64,000 nucleotides of DNA from Squalus acanthias (Eukaryota), in NCBI GenBank assembly GCA_030390025.1, contig JASTWF010000033.1, positions 4,218,001-4,282,000 on the forward strand, in the 5' to 3' direction. Every line of letters starts with the position of its first letter. The first letter of the stretch is position 1. A program made the position numbers and the translations under genes. Below are positions 12,469 to 25,100 of the stretch, one piece after another. The notes below the pieces were generated by a model that made no database searches, was not told the DNA's origin, and saw only the letters and a program-made list of their open reading frames with translations.

Positions 12469-15400
12469 ATGGAGCTGTCTGGGTCTGTAAATGGAGCTGT
12501 CTGGGTCTGTAAATGGAGCTGTCTTGGTCGATGTAATCAGCTGTCTGTGTCTTTGAATGGAGCTGTCTGGATCTGTGAAATGTGCTGTCTGTGTCTGTGA
12601 AATCAGCTGCCTGGGTCCGTGAATGAAGCTGACTGAGTCTGTGAATGGAGCTGTCTGGGTCTGTGAATGGAGCTGTCTGGGTCTGTAAATGGAGCTGTCT
12701 GAGTCTGTGAATCGAGCTGTCTGAGTCTGTGAATGGAGCTGTCTGGGTCTGTGAATGGAGCTGTCTGTGTCTGTGAATGGAGCTGTCTGGGTCTGTGAAT
12801 GGAGCTGTCAGGGTCTGTGAATGGAGCTGTCTGGGTCTGTGAATGGAGCTGACTGAGTCTGTGAATGGTGATGTTTGGGTCTGTGAATGGAGCCATCTGT
12901 GTCTGTGAATGAGCTGTCTGGATCTGTGAATGGAGCTGTCTGGGTCTGTAAATGGAGCTGTCTGGCTCTGTGAATGGAACTCTCTGTGTCTGTGAATGAG
13001 CTGTCTGGATCTGTGAAATGTGCTGTCTGGGTCTGAAAATGGAGTTGTCTGTGTCTGTGACCTGAGCTTTCAGATTCTTTGAAGTCAGCCATCTGGATCT
13101 TTGAATAGAGCTGTCTGAGTGTCTGAAATGAGCTTTCTGAGTCTCTGAATGGAGATGTCTGTGTCTGTCAAATGAATTGTCTGAATCTGTTCGTGAAATG
13201 AGCTGTCTGTTTTTTTCAAATAAGCTTTCCATGTCTGTGAATGGAGCTGTCTGGGTTTGTGAATGGTGTTGTCTTGGTCTGTGAATGGATCAGTCTGAGT
13301 CTGTGAATGGATCTGTCTGGGTCTGTGAATGGAGCTGTCTGGGTCTGTGACTGGAGCTGTCTGAGTCTGTGAATGGAGTTGTCTGGGTCGGTGAATCGAG
13401 CTGTCTGAGTCTGTGAATGGAGCTGTCTGAGTCTGTGAATGGAGCTGTCTGTGTCTGTGAATGGAGCTGTCTGGGTCTTTGAATGAAGCTGTCTGGGCCT
13501 GTGAATGGAGCTGTCTGGGTCTGTGAATGGAGCTGACTGGGTCTGTAAATGGAGCTGTCTGGCTCTGTGAATGGAACTCTCTGTGTCTGTGAATGAGCTG
13601 TCTGGATCTGTGAAATGTGCAGTCTGGGTCTGAAAATGGAGTTGTCTGGGTCTGTGAATAGAGCTGCCTGACGTTGTTAATGGAGCTGTCTGGGTCTGTG
13701 ACCTGAGCTTTCAGAGTCTTTGAAGTCAGCCATCTGGATCTTTGAATGGAGCTGTCTGAGTGTCTGATATGAGCTTTCTGAGTCTCTGAATGGAGATGTC
13801 TTTGTCTGTCAAATGAATTGTCTGAATCTGTTCGTGAAATGAGCTGTCTGTTTTTTTCAAATTAGCTATCCATGTCGGTGAATGTTGCTGTCTGAGTCTG
13901 TGAATGGATGTGTCTGTGTCTGTGAATGGACCTGTCTGAGTCTGTGAATGGAGCTGTCTGAGTCTGTAAATGAAACTGTCTTGGTCTGTGATTGGAGCTG
14001 TCTGAGTCTGTGAATGGAGCTGTCTGGGTCTGTGAATGGAGCTATCTGGGTCTGTGAATGGAGCTGTCTGGGTCTCTGAATGAAACTGTCTTGGTCTCTG
14101 AATGGAGCTGTCTGAGTCCGTGAATGGAGCTGTCTGGGTCTCTGAATGGAACTGTCTGGGTCTGTGAATGGAGCTGACTGAGTCTGTGAATGGAGCTGTT
14201 TGAGTCTGTGAATGGAGCTGTCTGTGTCTGTAAATGGAGCTGTCTAGGTCTGTAAATGGAGCTGTTTGGGTCTGTGAATGGAGCTGTCTGGGTCTGTGAA
14301 TGGAGCTGTCTGGGTCTGAAAATGGAGTTGTCTGTGTCTGTGACCTGAGCTTTCAGATTCTTTGAAGTCAGCCATCTGGATCTTTGAATAGAGCTGTCTG
14401 AGTGTCTGAAATGATCTTTCTGAGTCTCTGAATGGAGATGTCTGTGTCTGTCAAATGAATTGTCTGAATCTGTTCGTGAAATGAGCTGTCTGTTTTTTTC
14501 AAATAAGCTTTCCATGTCTGTGAATGGAGCTGTCTGGGTTTGTGAATGGTGTTGTCTTGGTCTGTGAATGGATCAGTCTGAGTCTGTGAATGGATCTGTC
14601 TGGGTCTGTGAATGGAGCTGTCTGGGTCTGTGACTGGAGCTGTCTGAGTCTGTGAATGGAGTTGTCTGGGTCGGTGAATCGAGCTGTCTGAGTCTGTGAA
14701 TGGAGCTGTCTGAGTCTGTGAATGGAGCTGTCTGTGTCTGTGAATGGAGCTGTCTGGGTCTTTGAATGAAGCTGTCTGGGCCTGTGAATGGAGCTGTCTG
14801 GGTCTGTGAATGGAGCTGACTGGGTCTGTAAATGGAGCTGTCTGGCTCTGTGAATGGAACTCTCTGTGTCTGTGAATGAGCTGTCTGGATCTGTGAAATG
14901 TGCAGTCTGGGTCTGAAAATGGAGTTGTCTGGGTCTGTGAATAGAGCTGCCTGACGTTGTTAATGGAGCTGTCTGGGTCTGTGACCTGAGCTTTCAGAGT
15001 CTTTGAAGTCAGCCATCTGGATCTTTGAATGGAGCTGTCTGAGTGTCTGATATGAGCTTTCTGAGTCTCTGAATGGAGATGTCTTTGTCTGTCAAATGAA
15101 TTGTCTGAATCTGTTCGTGAAATGAGCTGTCTGTTTTTTTCAAATTAGCTATCCATGTCGGTGAATGTTGCTGTCTGAGTCTGTGAATGGATGTGTCTGT
15201 GTCTGTGAATGGACCTGTCTGAGTCTGTGAATGGAGCTGTCTGAGTCTGTAAATGAAACTGTCTTGGTCTGTGATTGGAGCTGTCTGAGTCTGTGAATGG
15301 AGCTGTCTGGGTCTGTGAATGGAGCTATCTGGGTCTGTGAATGGAGCTGTCTGGGTCTCTGAATGAAACTGTCTTGGTCTCTGAATGGAGCTGTCTGAGT

Positions 15401-15973
15401 CCGTGAATGGAGCTGTCTGGGTCTCTGAATGGAACTGTCTGGGTCTGTGAATGGAGCTGACTGAGTCTGTGAATGGAGCTGTTTGAGTCTGTGAATGGAG
15501 CTGTCTGTGTCTGTAAATGGAGCTGTCTAGGTCTGTAAATGGAGCTGTTTGGGTCTGTGAATGGAGCTGTCTGGGTCTGTGAATGGAGCTGTCTGAGTCT
15601 GTAAATGGAGCTGTCTTGGTCTGTAAATGGAGCTGTTTGGGTCTGTGAATGGAGCTGTCTGAGTCTGTGAATGGAGCTGTCTGAGTCTGTGAATGGAGCT
15701 GTCTGTGTCTGTAAATGGAGCTGTTTGGGTCTGTAAATGGAGCTGTCTGGGTCTGTGAATGGAGCTGCCAGAGTATGTAAATGGAGCTGACTCGGTCTGT
15801 GAATGGAGCTTTCTGGGTCTGTGAAAGAAGCTGTCTAGGTCTGTGAATGGAGCTGTCTATGTCTGTGAATGCAGATGTCTGGGTCTGTGAATGGAGCTAT
15901 CTGTATCTGTGAATGGAGCTGTCTGAGTCTCTGAATGGGGATGTCTAGTTCTGTGAATGGAGCTGTCTGGGTC

Positions 15974-16173
15974 NNNNNNNNNNNNNNNNNNNNNNNNNNN
16001 NNNNNNNNNNNNNNNNNNNNNNNNNNNNNNNNNNNNNNNNNNNNNNNNNNNNNNNNNNNNNNNNNNNNNNNNNNNNNNNNNNNNNNNNNNNNNNNNNNNN
16101 NNNNNNNNNNNNNNNNNNNNNNNNNNNNNNNNNNNNNNNNNNNNNNNNNNNNNNNNNNNNNNNNNNNNNNNNN
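15974..16173. other. Assembly gap (200 N)
   Basis: Run of exactly 200 N. The round number suggests a scaffolding gap of unknown true size. Confidence 0.99.
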
Positions 16174-19100
16174 GGTGATGGGAAGGAGCTGAGGATATTA
16201 GGTGGGGTGGTGAGGAGCTGAGGATATTAGGTGCGGTGGGGTGGAGCTGAGGATATTAGGTTGGGTGGGGAGGAGCTGAGGATATTAGGTGGGGTGGGGA
16301 GGAGCTGAGGATATTAGATGGGGTGGGGAGGAGCTGAGGATTTTAGGTCGGGTGGGGAGGAGCTGAGGATATTAGATGGGGTTGGGAGGAGCTGAGGATA
16401 TTAGGTGAGGTGGGAAGGAGCTGACGATATTAGGTGGGGTGGGGAGGAGCTGAGAATTTTAGGTCGGGTGGGGAGGAGCTGCGGATATTAGGTGGGGTGG
16501 GGAGGAGCTGAGGATATTAGGTGGGGTGGGGAGGAGCTGAGGATATTAGGTGGGGTGGGGAGGAGCTGAGGATATTAGGTGTGGTGGGGAGGAGCTGAGG
16601 GTATTAGGTGGGGTGGGGAGGAGCTGAGGATATTAGGTGGAGTGGGGAGGAGCTGAGGATATTAGGTGGGGTGAGGAGGAGCTGACGATATTAGGTGGGG
16701 TGGGGAGGAGCTGTGGAAATTAGGTGGGGTGGGTATGAGCTGAGGGTATTAGGTGGGGTGGGGAGGAGCTGAGGATATTAGGTGGAGTGGGGAGGAGCTG
16801 AGGATATTAGGTGGGGTGGGGAGGAGCTGAGGATATTAGGTGAGGTGGGGAGGAACTGAGGATATTAGGTGGGGTGGGAAGGAGCTGAGGATATTAGGTG
16901 GGGTGGTGAGGAGCTGAGGATATTAGGTGCGGTGGGGTGGAGCTGAGGATATTAGGTTGGGTGGGGAGGAGCTGAGGATATTAGGTGGGGTGGGGAGGAG
17001 CTGAGGATATTAGATGGGGTGGGGAAGAGCTGAGGATTTTAGGTCGGGTGGGGAGGAGCTGAGAATATTAGATGGGGTTGGGAGGAGCTGAGGATATTAG
17101 GTGGGGTGGGAAGGAGCTGACGATATTAGGTGGGGTGGGGAGGAGCTGAGAATTTTAGGTCGGGTGGGGAGGAGCTGCGGATATTAGGTGGGGTGGGGAG
17201 GAGCTGAGGATATTAGGTGGAATGGGGAGGAGCTGAGGATATTAGGTGGGGTGGGGAGGAGCTGAGGATATTGGGTGGGGTGGGGAGGAGCTGAGGATAT
17301 TTAGTGGGGTGGGGAGGAGCTGAGGATATTAGGTGGGGTGGGGAGGAGCTGAGGATATTACGTGGGTTGGGATGACCTAAGGATATTAGCTGGTGTGGGG
17401 AGGAGCAGAGGATATTAGGTGGTGTGGGGAGGAGCTGAGGCATATTAGGTGGGTGGGGAGGAGCTGAGGATATTAGGTGGGATGGGAAGGAGCTGAGGAT
17501 ATTAGGTGGGGTGGTGAGGAGCTGAGGATATTAGGTGCGGTGGGGTGGAGCTGAGGATATTAGGTTGGGTGGGGAGGAGCTGAGGATATTAGGTGGGGTG
17601 GGGAGGAGCTGAGGATATTAGATGGGGTGGGGAGGAGCTGAGGATTTTAGGTCGTGGGGGGAGGAGCTGAGGATATTAGATGGGGTTGGGAGGAGCTGAG
17701 GATATTAGGTGAGGTGGGAAGGAGCTGACGATATTAGGTGGGGTGGGGAGGAGCTGAGAATTTAGGTCGGGTGGGGAGGAGCTGCGGATATTAGGTGGGG
17801 TGGGGAGGAGCTGAGGATATTAGGTGGGGTGGGGAGGAGCTGAGGATATTAGGTGGGGTGGGGAGGAGCTGAGGATATTAGGTGGGGTGGGGAGGAGCTG
17901 AGGGTATTAGGTGGGGTGGGGAGGAGCTGAGGATATTAAGTGGGGTGGGGAGGAGCTGAGTATATTAGGTGGGGTGGGGAGGAGCTGAGCATATTAGGTG
18001 GGTTGGGAATGACCTAAGGATATTAGCTGGTGTGGGGAGGAGCAGAGGATATTAGGTGGTGTGGGGAGGAGCTGAGGATATTAGGTGGGGTGGGGAGGAG
18101 CTGAGGATATTAGGTGGGGTGGGGAGGAGCTGAGGATATTAGGTGGGGTGGGGAAGAGCTGAGGATATTAGGTTGGGTGGGGAGGAGCTGAGGATATTAG
18201 GTGGGGTGGGGAGGAGCTGAGGATATTAGATGGGGTGGGGAGGAGTTGAGGATTTTAGGTCGGGTGGGGAGGAGCTGAGGATATTAGATGGGGTTGGGAG
18301 GAGCTGAGGATATTAGGTGGGGTGGGAAGGAGCTGACGATATTAGGTGGGGTGGGGAGGAGCTGAGAATTTTAGGTCGGGTGTGGAGGAGCAGCAGATAT
18401 TAGGTGGGGTGGGGAGGAGCTGAGGATATTTAGTGGGGTGGGGAGGAGCTGAGGATATTAGGTGGGGTGGGGAGGAGCTGAGGATATTACGTGGGTTGGG
18501 AATGACCTAAGGATATTAGCTGGTGTGGGGAGGAGCAGAGGATATTAGGTGGTGTGGGGAGGAGCTGAGCATATTAAGTGAGGTGGGGAGGAACTGAGGA
18601 TATTAGGTGTGATGGGAAGGAGCTGAGGATATTAGGTGGGGTGGTGAGGAGCTGAGGATATTAGGTGCGTTGGGGTGGAGCCGAGGATATTAGGTTGGGT
18701 GGGGAGGAGCTGAGGATATTAGGTGGGGTGGGGAGGAGCTGAGGATATTAGATGGGGTGGGGAGGAGCTGAGGATTTTAGGTCGTGGGGGGAGGAGCTGA
18801 GGATATTAGATGGGGTTGGGAGGAGCTGAGGATATTAGGTGAGGTGGGAAGGAGCTGACGATATTAGGTGTGGTGGGGAGGAGCTGAGAATTTTAGGTCG
18901 GGTGGGGAGGAGCTGCGGATATTAGGTGGGGTGGGGAGGAGCTGAGGATATTAGGTGGGGTGGGGAGGAGCTGAGGATATTAGGTGGGGTGGGGAGGAGC
19001 TGAGGATATTAGGTGGGGTGGGGAGGAGCTGAGGGTATTAGGTGGGGTGGGGAGGAGCTGAGGATATTAAGTGGGGTGGGGAGGAGCTGAGTATATTAGG

Positions 19101-22100
19101 TGGGGTGGGGAGGAGCTGAGCATATTAGGTGGGTTGGGAATGACCTAAGGATATTAGCTGGTGTGGGGAGGAGCAGAGGATATTAGGTGGTGTGGGGAGG
19201 AGCTGAGGATATTAGGTGGGGTGGGGAGGAGCTGAGGATATTAGGTGGGGTGGGGAGGAGCTGAGGATATTAGGTGGGGTGGGGGAAGAGCTGAGGATAT
19301 TAGGTTGGGTGGGGAGGAGCTGAGGATATTAGGTGGGGTGGGGAGGAGCTGAGGATATTAGATGGGGTGGGGAGGAGTTGAGGATTTTAGGTCGGGTGGG
19401 GAGGAGCTGAGGATATTAGATGGGGTTGGGAGGAGCTGAGGATATTAGGTGGGGTGGGAAGGAGCTGACGATATTAGGTGGGGTGGGGAGGAGCTGAGAA
19501 TTTTAGGTCGGGTGTGGAGGAGCAGCGGATATTAGGTGGGGTGGGGAGGAGCTGAGGATATTAGGTGGGGTGGGGAGGAGCTGAGGATATTAGGTGGGGT
19601 GGGGAGGAGCTGAGGATATTAGGTGGGGTGGGGAGGAGCTGAGGATATTAGGTGGGGTGGGGAGGAGCTTAGGATATTAGGTGGGGTGGGGAGGAGCTGA
19701 GGATATTAGGTGGGGTGGGGAGGAGCTGAGGGTATTAGGAGGGGTGGGGAGCAGCTGAGGATATTAGGTGGAGTGTGGAGGAGCTGAGGATATTAGGTGG
19801 GGTGTGGAGGAGCTGAGGATATTAGGTGGAGTGGGGAGGAGCTGAGGATATTAGGTGGGGTGGGGAGGAGCTGAGGATATTAGGTGAGGTGGGGAGGAAC
19901 TGAGGATATTAGGTGGGGTGGGAAGGAGCTGAGGATATTAGGTGGGGTGGTGAGGAGCTGAGGATATTAGGTGCGGTGGGGTGGAGCTGAGGATATTAGG
20001 TTGGGTGGGGAGGAGCTGAGGATATTAGGTGGGGTGGGGAGGAGCTGAGGATATTAGATGGGGTGGGGAAGAGCTGAGGATTTTAGGTCGGGTGGGGAGG
20101 AGCTGAGAATATTAGATGGGGTTGGGAGGAGCTGAGGATATTAGGTGGGGTGGGAAGGAGCTGACGATATTAGGTGGGGTGGGGAGGAGCTGAGAATTTT
20201 AGGTCGGGTGGGGAGGAGCTGCGGATATTAGGTGGGGTGGGGAGGAGCTGAGGATATTAGGTGGAATGGGGAGGAGCTGAGGATATTAGGTGGGGTGGGG
20301 AGGAGCTGAGGATATCGGGTGGGGTGGGGAGGAGCTGAGGATATTAGTGGGGTGGGGAGGAGCTGAGGATATTAGGTGGGGTGGGGAGGAGCTGAGGATA
20401 TTACGTGGGTTGGGAATGACCTAAGGATATTAGCTGGTGTGGGGAGGAGCAGAGGATATTAGGTGGTGTGGGGAGGAGCTGAGCATATTAAGTGAGGTGG
20501 GGAGGAACTGAGGATATTAGGTGTGATGGGAAGGAGCTGAGGATATTAGGTGGGGTGGTGAGGAGCTGAGGATATTAGGTGCGTTGGGGTGGAGCTGAGG
20601 ATATTAGGTTGGGTGGGGAGGAGCTGAGGATATTAGGTGGGGTGGGGAGGAGCTGAGGATATTAGATGGGGTGGGGAGGAGCTGAGGATTTTAGGTCGGG
20701 TGGGGAGGAGCTGAGGATATTAGATGGGGTTGGGAGGAGCTGAGGATATTAGGTGAGGTGGGAAGGAGCTGACGATATTAGGTGTGGTGGGGAGGAGCTG
20801 AGAATTTTAGGTCGGGTGGGGAGGAGCTGCGGATATTAGGTGGGGTGGGGAGGAGCTGAGGATATTAGGTGGGGTGGGGAGGAGCTGAGGATATTAGGTG
20901 GGGTGGGGAGGAGCTGAGGATATTAGGTGGGGTGGGGAGGAGCTGAGGGTATTAGGTGGGGTGGGGAGGAGCTGAGGATATTAGTGGGGTGGGGAGGAGC
21001 TGAGTATATTAGGTGGGGTGGGGAGGAGCTGAGCATATTAGGTGGGTTGGGAATGACCTAAGGATATTAGCTGGTGTGGGGAGGAGCAGAGGATATTAGG
21101 TGGTGTGGGGAGGAGCTGAGGATATTAGGTGGGGTGGGGAGGAGCTGAGGATATTAGGTGGGGTGGGGAGGAGCTGAGGATATTAGGTGGGGTGGGGAAG
21201 AGCTGAGGATATTAGGTTGGGTGGGGAGGAGCTGAGGATATTAGGTGGGGTGGGGAGGAGCTGAGGATATTAGATGGGGTGGGGAGGAGTTGAGGATTTT
21301 AGGTCGGGTGGGGAGGAGCTGAGGATATTAGATGGGGTTGGGAGGAGCTGAGGATATTAGGTGGGGTGGGAAGGAGCTGAGAATTTTAGGTCGGGTGTGG
21401 AGGAGCAGCAGATATTAGGTGGGGTGGGGAGGAGCTGAGGATATTAGGTGGGGTGGGGAGGAGCTGAGGATATTAGGTGGGGTGGGGAGGAGCTGAGGAT
21501 ATTAGGCGGGGTGGGGAGGAGCTGAGGATATTAGGTGGGGTGGGGAGGAGCTTAGGATATTAGGTGGGGTGGGGAGGAGCTGAGGGTATTAGGTGGGGTG
21601 GGGAGCAGCTGAGGATATTAGGTGGAGTGTGGAGGAGCTGAGGATATTAGGTGGGGTGTGGAGGAGCTGAGGATATTAGGTGGGGTGAGGAGGAGCTGAC
21701 GATATTAGGTGGGGTGCGGAGGAGCTGAGGATATTAGGTGGGGTGAGGAGGAGCTGACGATATTAGGTGGGGTGCGGAGGAGCTGTGGAAATTAGGTGGG
21801 GTGGGTATGAGCTGAGGGTATTAGGTGGGGTGGGGAGGAGCTGAGGATATTAGGTGTGGTGGGGAGGAGCTGAGGATATTAGGTGAGGTGGGGAGGAACT
21901 GAGGATATTAGGTGTGATGGGAAGGAGCTGAGGATATTAGGTGGGGTGGTGCGGAGCTGAGGATATTAGGTGCGGTGGGGTGGAGCTGAGGATATTAGGT
22001 TGGGTGGGGAGGAGCTGAGGATATTAGGTGGGGTGGGGAGGAGCTGAGGATATTAGATGGGGTGGGAAGAGCTGAGGATTTTAGGTCGGGTGGGGAGGAG

Positions 22101-25100
22101 CTGAGAATATTAGATGGGGTTGGGAGGAGCTGAGGATATTAGGTGGGGTGGGAAGGAGCTGACGATATTAGGTGGGGTGGGGAGGAGCTGAGAATTTTAG
22201 GTCGGGTGGGGAGGAGCTGCGGATATTAGGTGGGGTGGGGAGGAGCTGAGGATATTAGGTGGAATGGGGAGGAGCTGAGGATATTAGGTGGGGTGGGGAG
22301 GAGCTGAGGATATTAGGTGGGGTGGGGAGGAGCTGAGGATATTAGGTGGGGTGGGGAGGAGCTGACGATATTAGGTTGGGTGGGGAGGAGCTGAGGATAT
22401 TAGGTGGGGTGGGGAGGAGCTGAGGATTTTAGGTCGTGGGGGGAGGAGCTGAGGATATTAGATGGGGTTGGGAGGAGCTGAGGATATTAGGTGAGGTGGG
22501 AAGGAGCTGACGATATTAGGTTGGGTGGGGAGGAGCTGAGGATATTAGGTGGGGTGGGGAGGAGCTGAGGATTTTAGGTCGTGGGGGGAGGAGCTGAGGA
22601 TATTAGATGGGGTTGGGAGGAGCTGAGGATATTAGGTGAGGTGGGAAGGAGCTGACGATATTAGGTGGGGTGGGGAGGAGCTGAGAATTTTAGGTCGGGT
22701 GGGGAGTAGCTGCGGATATTAGGTGGGGTGGGGAGGAGCTGAGGATATTAGGTGGGGTGGGGAGGAGCTGAGGATATTAGGTGGGGTGGGGAGGAGCTGA
22801 GGATATTAGGTGGGGTGGGGAGGAGCTGAGGGGATTAGGTGGGGTGGGGAGGAGCTGAGGATATTAGGTGGAGTGGGGAGGAGCTGAGGATATTAGGTGG
22901 GGTGAGGAGGAGCTGACGATATTAGGTGGGGTGGGGAGGAGCTGTGGAAATTAGGTGGGGTGGGTATGAGCTAAGGGTATTAGGTGGGGTGGGGAGGAGC
23001 TGAGGATATTAGGTGGAGTGGGGAGGAGCTGAGGATATTAGGTGGGGTGGGGAGGAGCTGAGGATATTAGGTGAGGTGGGGAGGAACTGAGGATATTAGG
23101 TGGGGTGGGAAGGAGCTGAGGATATTAGGTGGGGTGGTGAGGAGCTGAGGATATTAGGTGCGGTGGGGTGGAGCTGAGGATATTAGGTTGGGTGGGGAGG
23201 AGCTGAGGATATTAGGTGGGGTGGGGAGGAGCTGAGGATATTAGATGGGGTGGGGAAGAGCTGAGGATTTTAGGTCGGGTGGGGAGGAGCTGAGAATATT
23301 AGATGGGGTTGGGAGGAGCTGAGGATATTAGGTGGGGTGGGAAGGAGCTGACGATATTAGGTGGGGTGGGGAGGAGCTGAGAATTTTAGGTCGGGTGGGG
23401 AGGAGCTGCGGATATTAGGTGGGGTGGGGAGGAGCTGAGGATATTAGGTGGAATGGGGAGGAGCTGAGGATATTAGGTGGGGTGGGGAGGAGCTGAGTAT
23501 ATTGGGTGGGGTGGGGACGAGCTGAGGATATTTAGTGGGGTGGGGAGGAGCTGAGGATATTAGGTGGGGTGGGGAGGAGCTGAGGATATTAGGTGGGTTG
23601 GGAATGACCTAAGGATATTAGCTGGTGTGGGGAGGAGCAGAGGATATTAGGTGGTGTGGGGAGGAGCTGAGGATATTAGGTGGGGTGGGGAGGAGCTGAG
23701 GATATTAGGTGGGGTGGGGAGGAGCTGAGGATATTAGGTGGGGTGGGGGAAGAGCTGAGGATATTAGGTTGGGTGGGGAGGAGCTGAGGATATTAGGTGG
23801 GGTGGGGAGGAGCTGAGGATATTAGATGGGGTGGGGAGGAGCTGAGGATTTTAGGTCGGGTGGGGAGGAGCTGAGGATATTAGATGGGGTTGGGAGGAGC
23901 TGAGGATATTAGGTGGGGTGGGGAGGAGCTGAGGATATTAGGTGGGGTGGGGAGGAGCTGAGGGTATTAGGTGGGGTGGGGAGGAGCTGAGGATATTAGG
24001 TGGAGTGGGCAGGAGCTGAGGATATTAGGTGGGGTGAGGAGGAGCTGAGGATATTAGGTGGGGTGGGGAGGAGCTGAGGATATTAGATGGGGTGGGGAAG
24101 AGCTGAGGATTTTAGGTCGGGTGGGGAGGAGCTGAGAATATTAGATGGGGTTGGGAGGAGCTGAGGATATTAGGTGGGGTGGGAAGGAGCTGACGATATT
24201 AGGTGGGGTGGGGAGGAGCTGAGAATTTTAGGTCGGGTGGGGAGGAGCTGCGGATATTAGGTGGGGTGGGGAGGAGCTGAGGATATTAGGTGGAATGGGG
24301 AGTAGCTGAGGATATTAGGTGGGGTGGGGAGGAGCTGAGTATATTGGGTGGGGTGGGGAGGAGCTGAGGATATTTAGTGGGGTGGGGAGGAGCTGAGGAT
24401 ATTAGGTGGGGTGGGGAGGAGCTGAGGATATTAGGTGGGTTGGGAATGACCTAAGGATATTAGCTGGTGTGGGGAGGAGCAGAGGATATTAGGTGGTGTG
24501 GGGAGGAGCTGAGGATATTAGGTGGGGTGGGGAGGAGCTGAGGATATTAGGTGGGGTGGGGAGGAGCTGAGGATATTAGGTGGGGTGGGGGAAGAGCTGA
24601 GGATATTAGGTTGGGTGGGGAGGAGCTGAGGATATTAGGTGGGGTGGGGAGGAGCTGAGGATATTAGATGGGGTGGGGAGGAGCTGAGGATTTTAGGTCG
24701 GGTGGGGAGGAGCTGAGGATATTAGATGGGGTTGGGAGGAGCTGAGATATTAGGTGGGGTGGGAAGGAGCTGACGATATTAGGTGGGGTGGGGAGGAGCT
24801 GAGAATTTTAGGTCGGGTGGGGAGGAGCTGCGGATGTTAGGTGGGGTGGGGAGGAGCTGAGGATATTAGGTGGGGTGGGGAGGAGCTGAGGATATTAGGT
24901 GGGGTGGGGAGGAGCTGAGGATATTAGGTGGGGTGGGGAGGAGCTGAGGATATTAAGTGGGGTGGGAAGGAGCTGAGGATATTAGCTGGGGTGGGGAGGA
25001 GCAGAGGATATTAGGTGGGGTGGGGAGGAGCTGAGGATATTATGTGGGGTGGGGAGGAGCTGAGGATATTAGGTGGGGTGGGGAGGAGCTGAGGATATTA

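Larger units (their letters stand above)
1..15973. repeat. Satellite array, 22-bp monomer (GTCTGTGAATGGAGCTGTCTGG), with higher-order repeats
   Basis: Monomer read directly throughout. Minus-strand translations have a 22-aa period (TDPDSSIHRPRQLHSQTQTAPF). Diagnostic variant blocks recur at 641/1283-bp and 4214-bp spacing. Confidence 0.98.

Noticed and set aside
424..14515. Long minus-strand ORFs (up to 756 aa, TDPDSSIHRPRQLHSQTQTAPF repeats)
   Set aside because: The 22-bp monomer lacks stops on that strand. All three frames give the same peptide and indels are not frame-preserving.
15935..16192. ORFs spanning the N run
   Set aside because: Artefacts of translating the gap.
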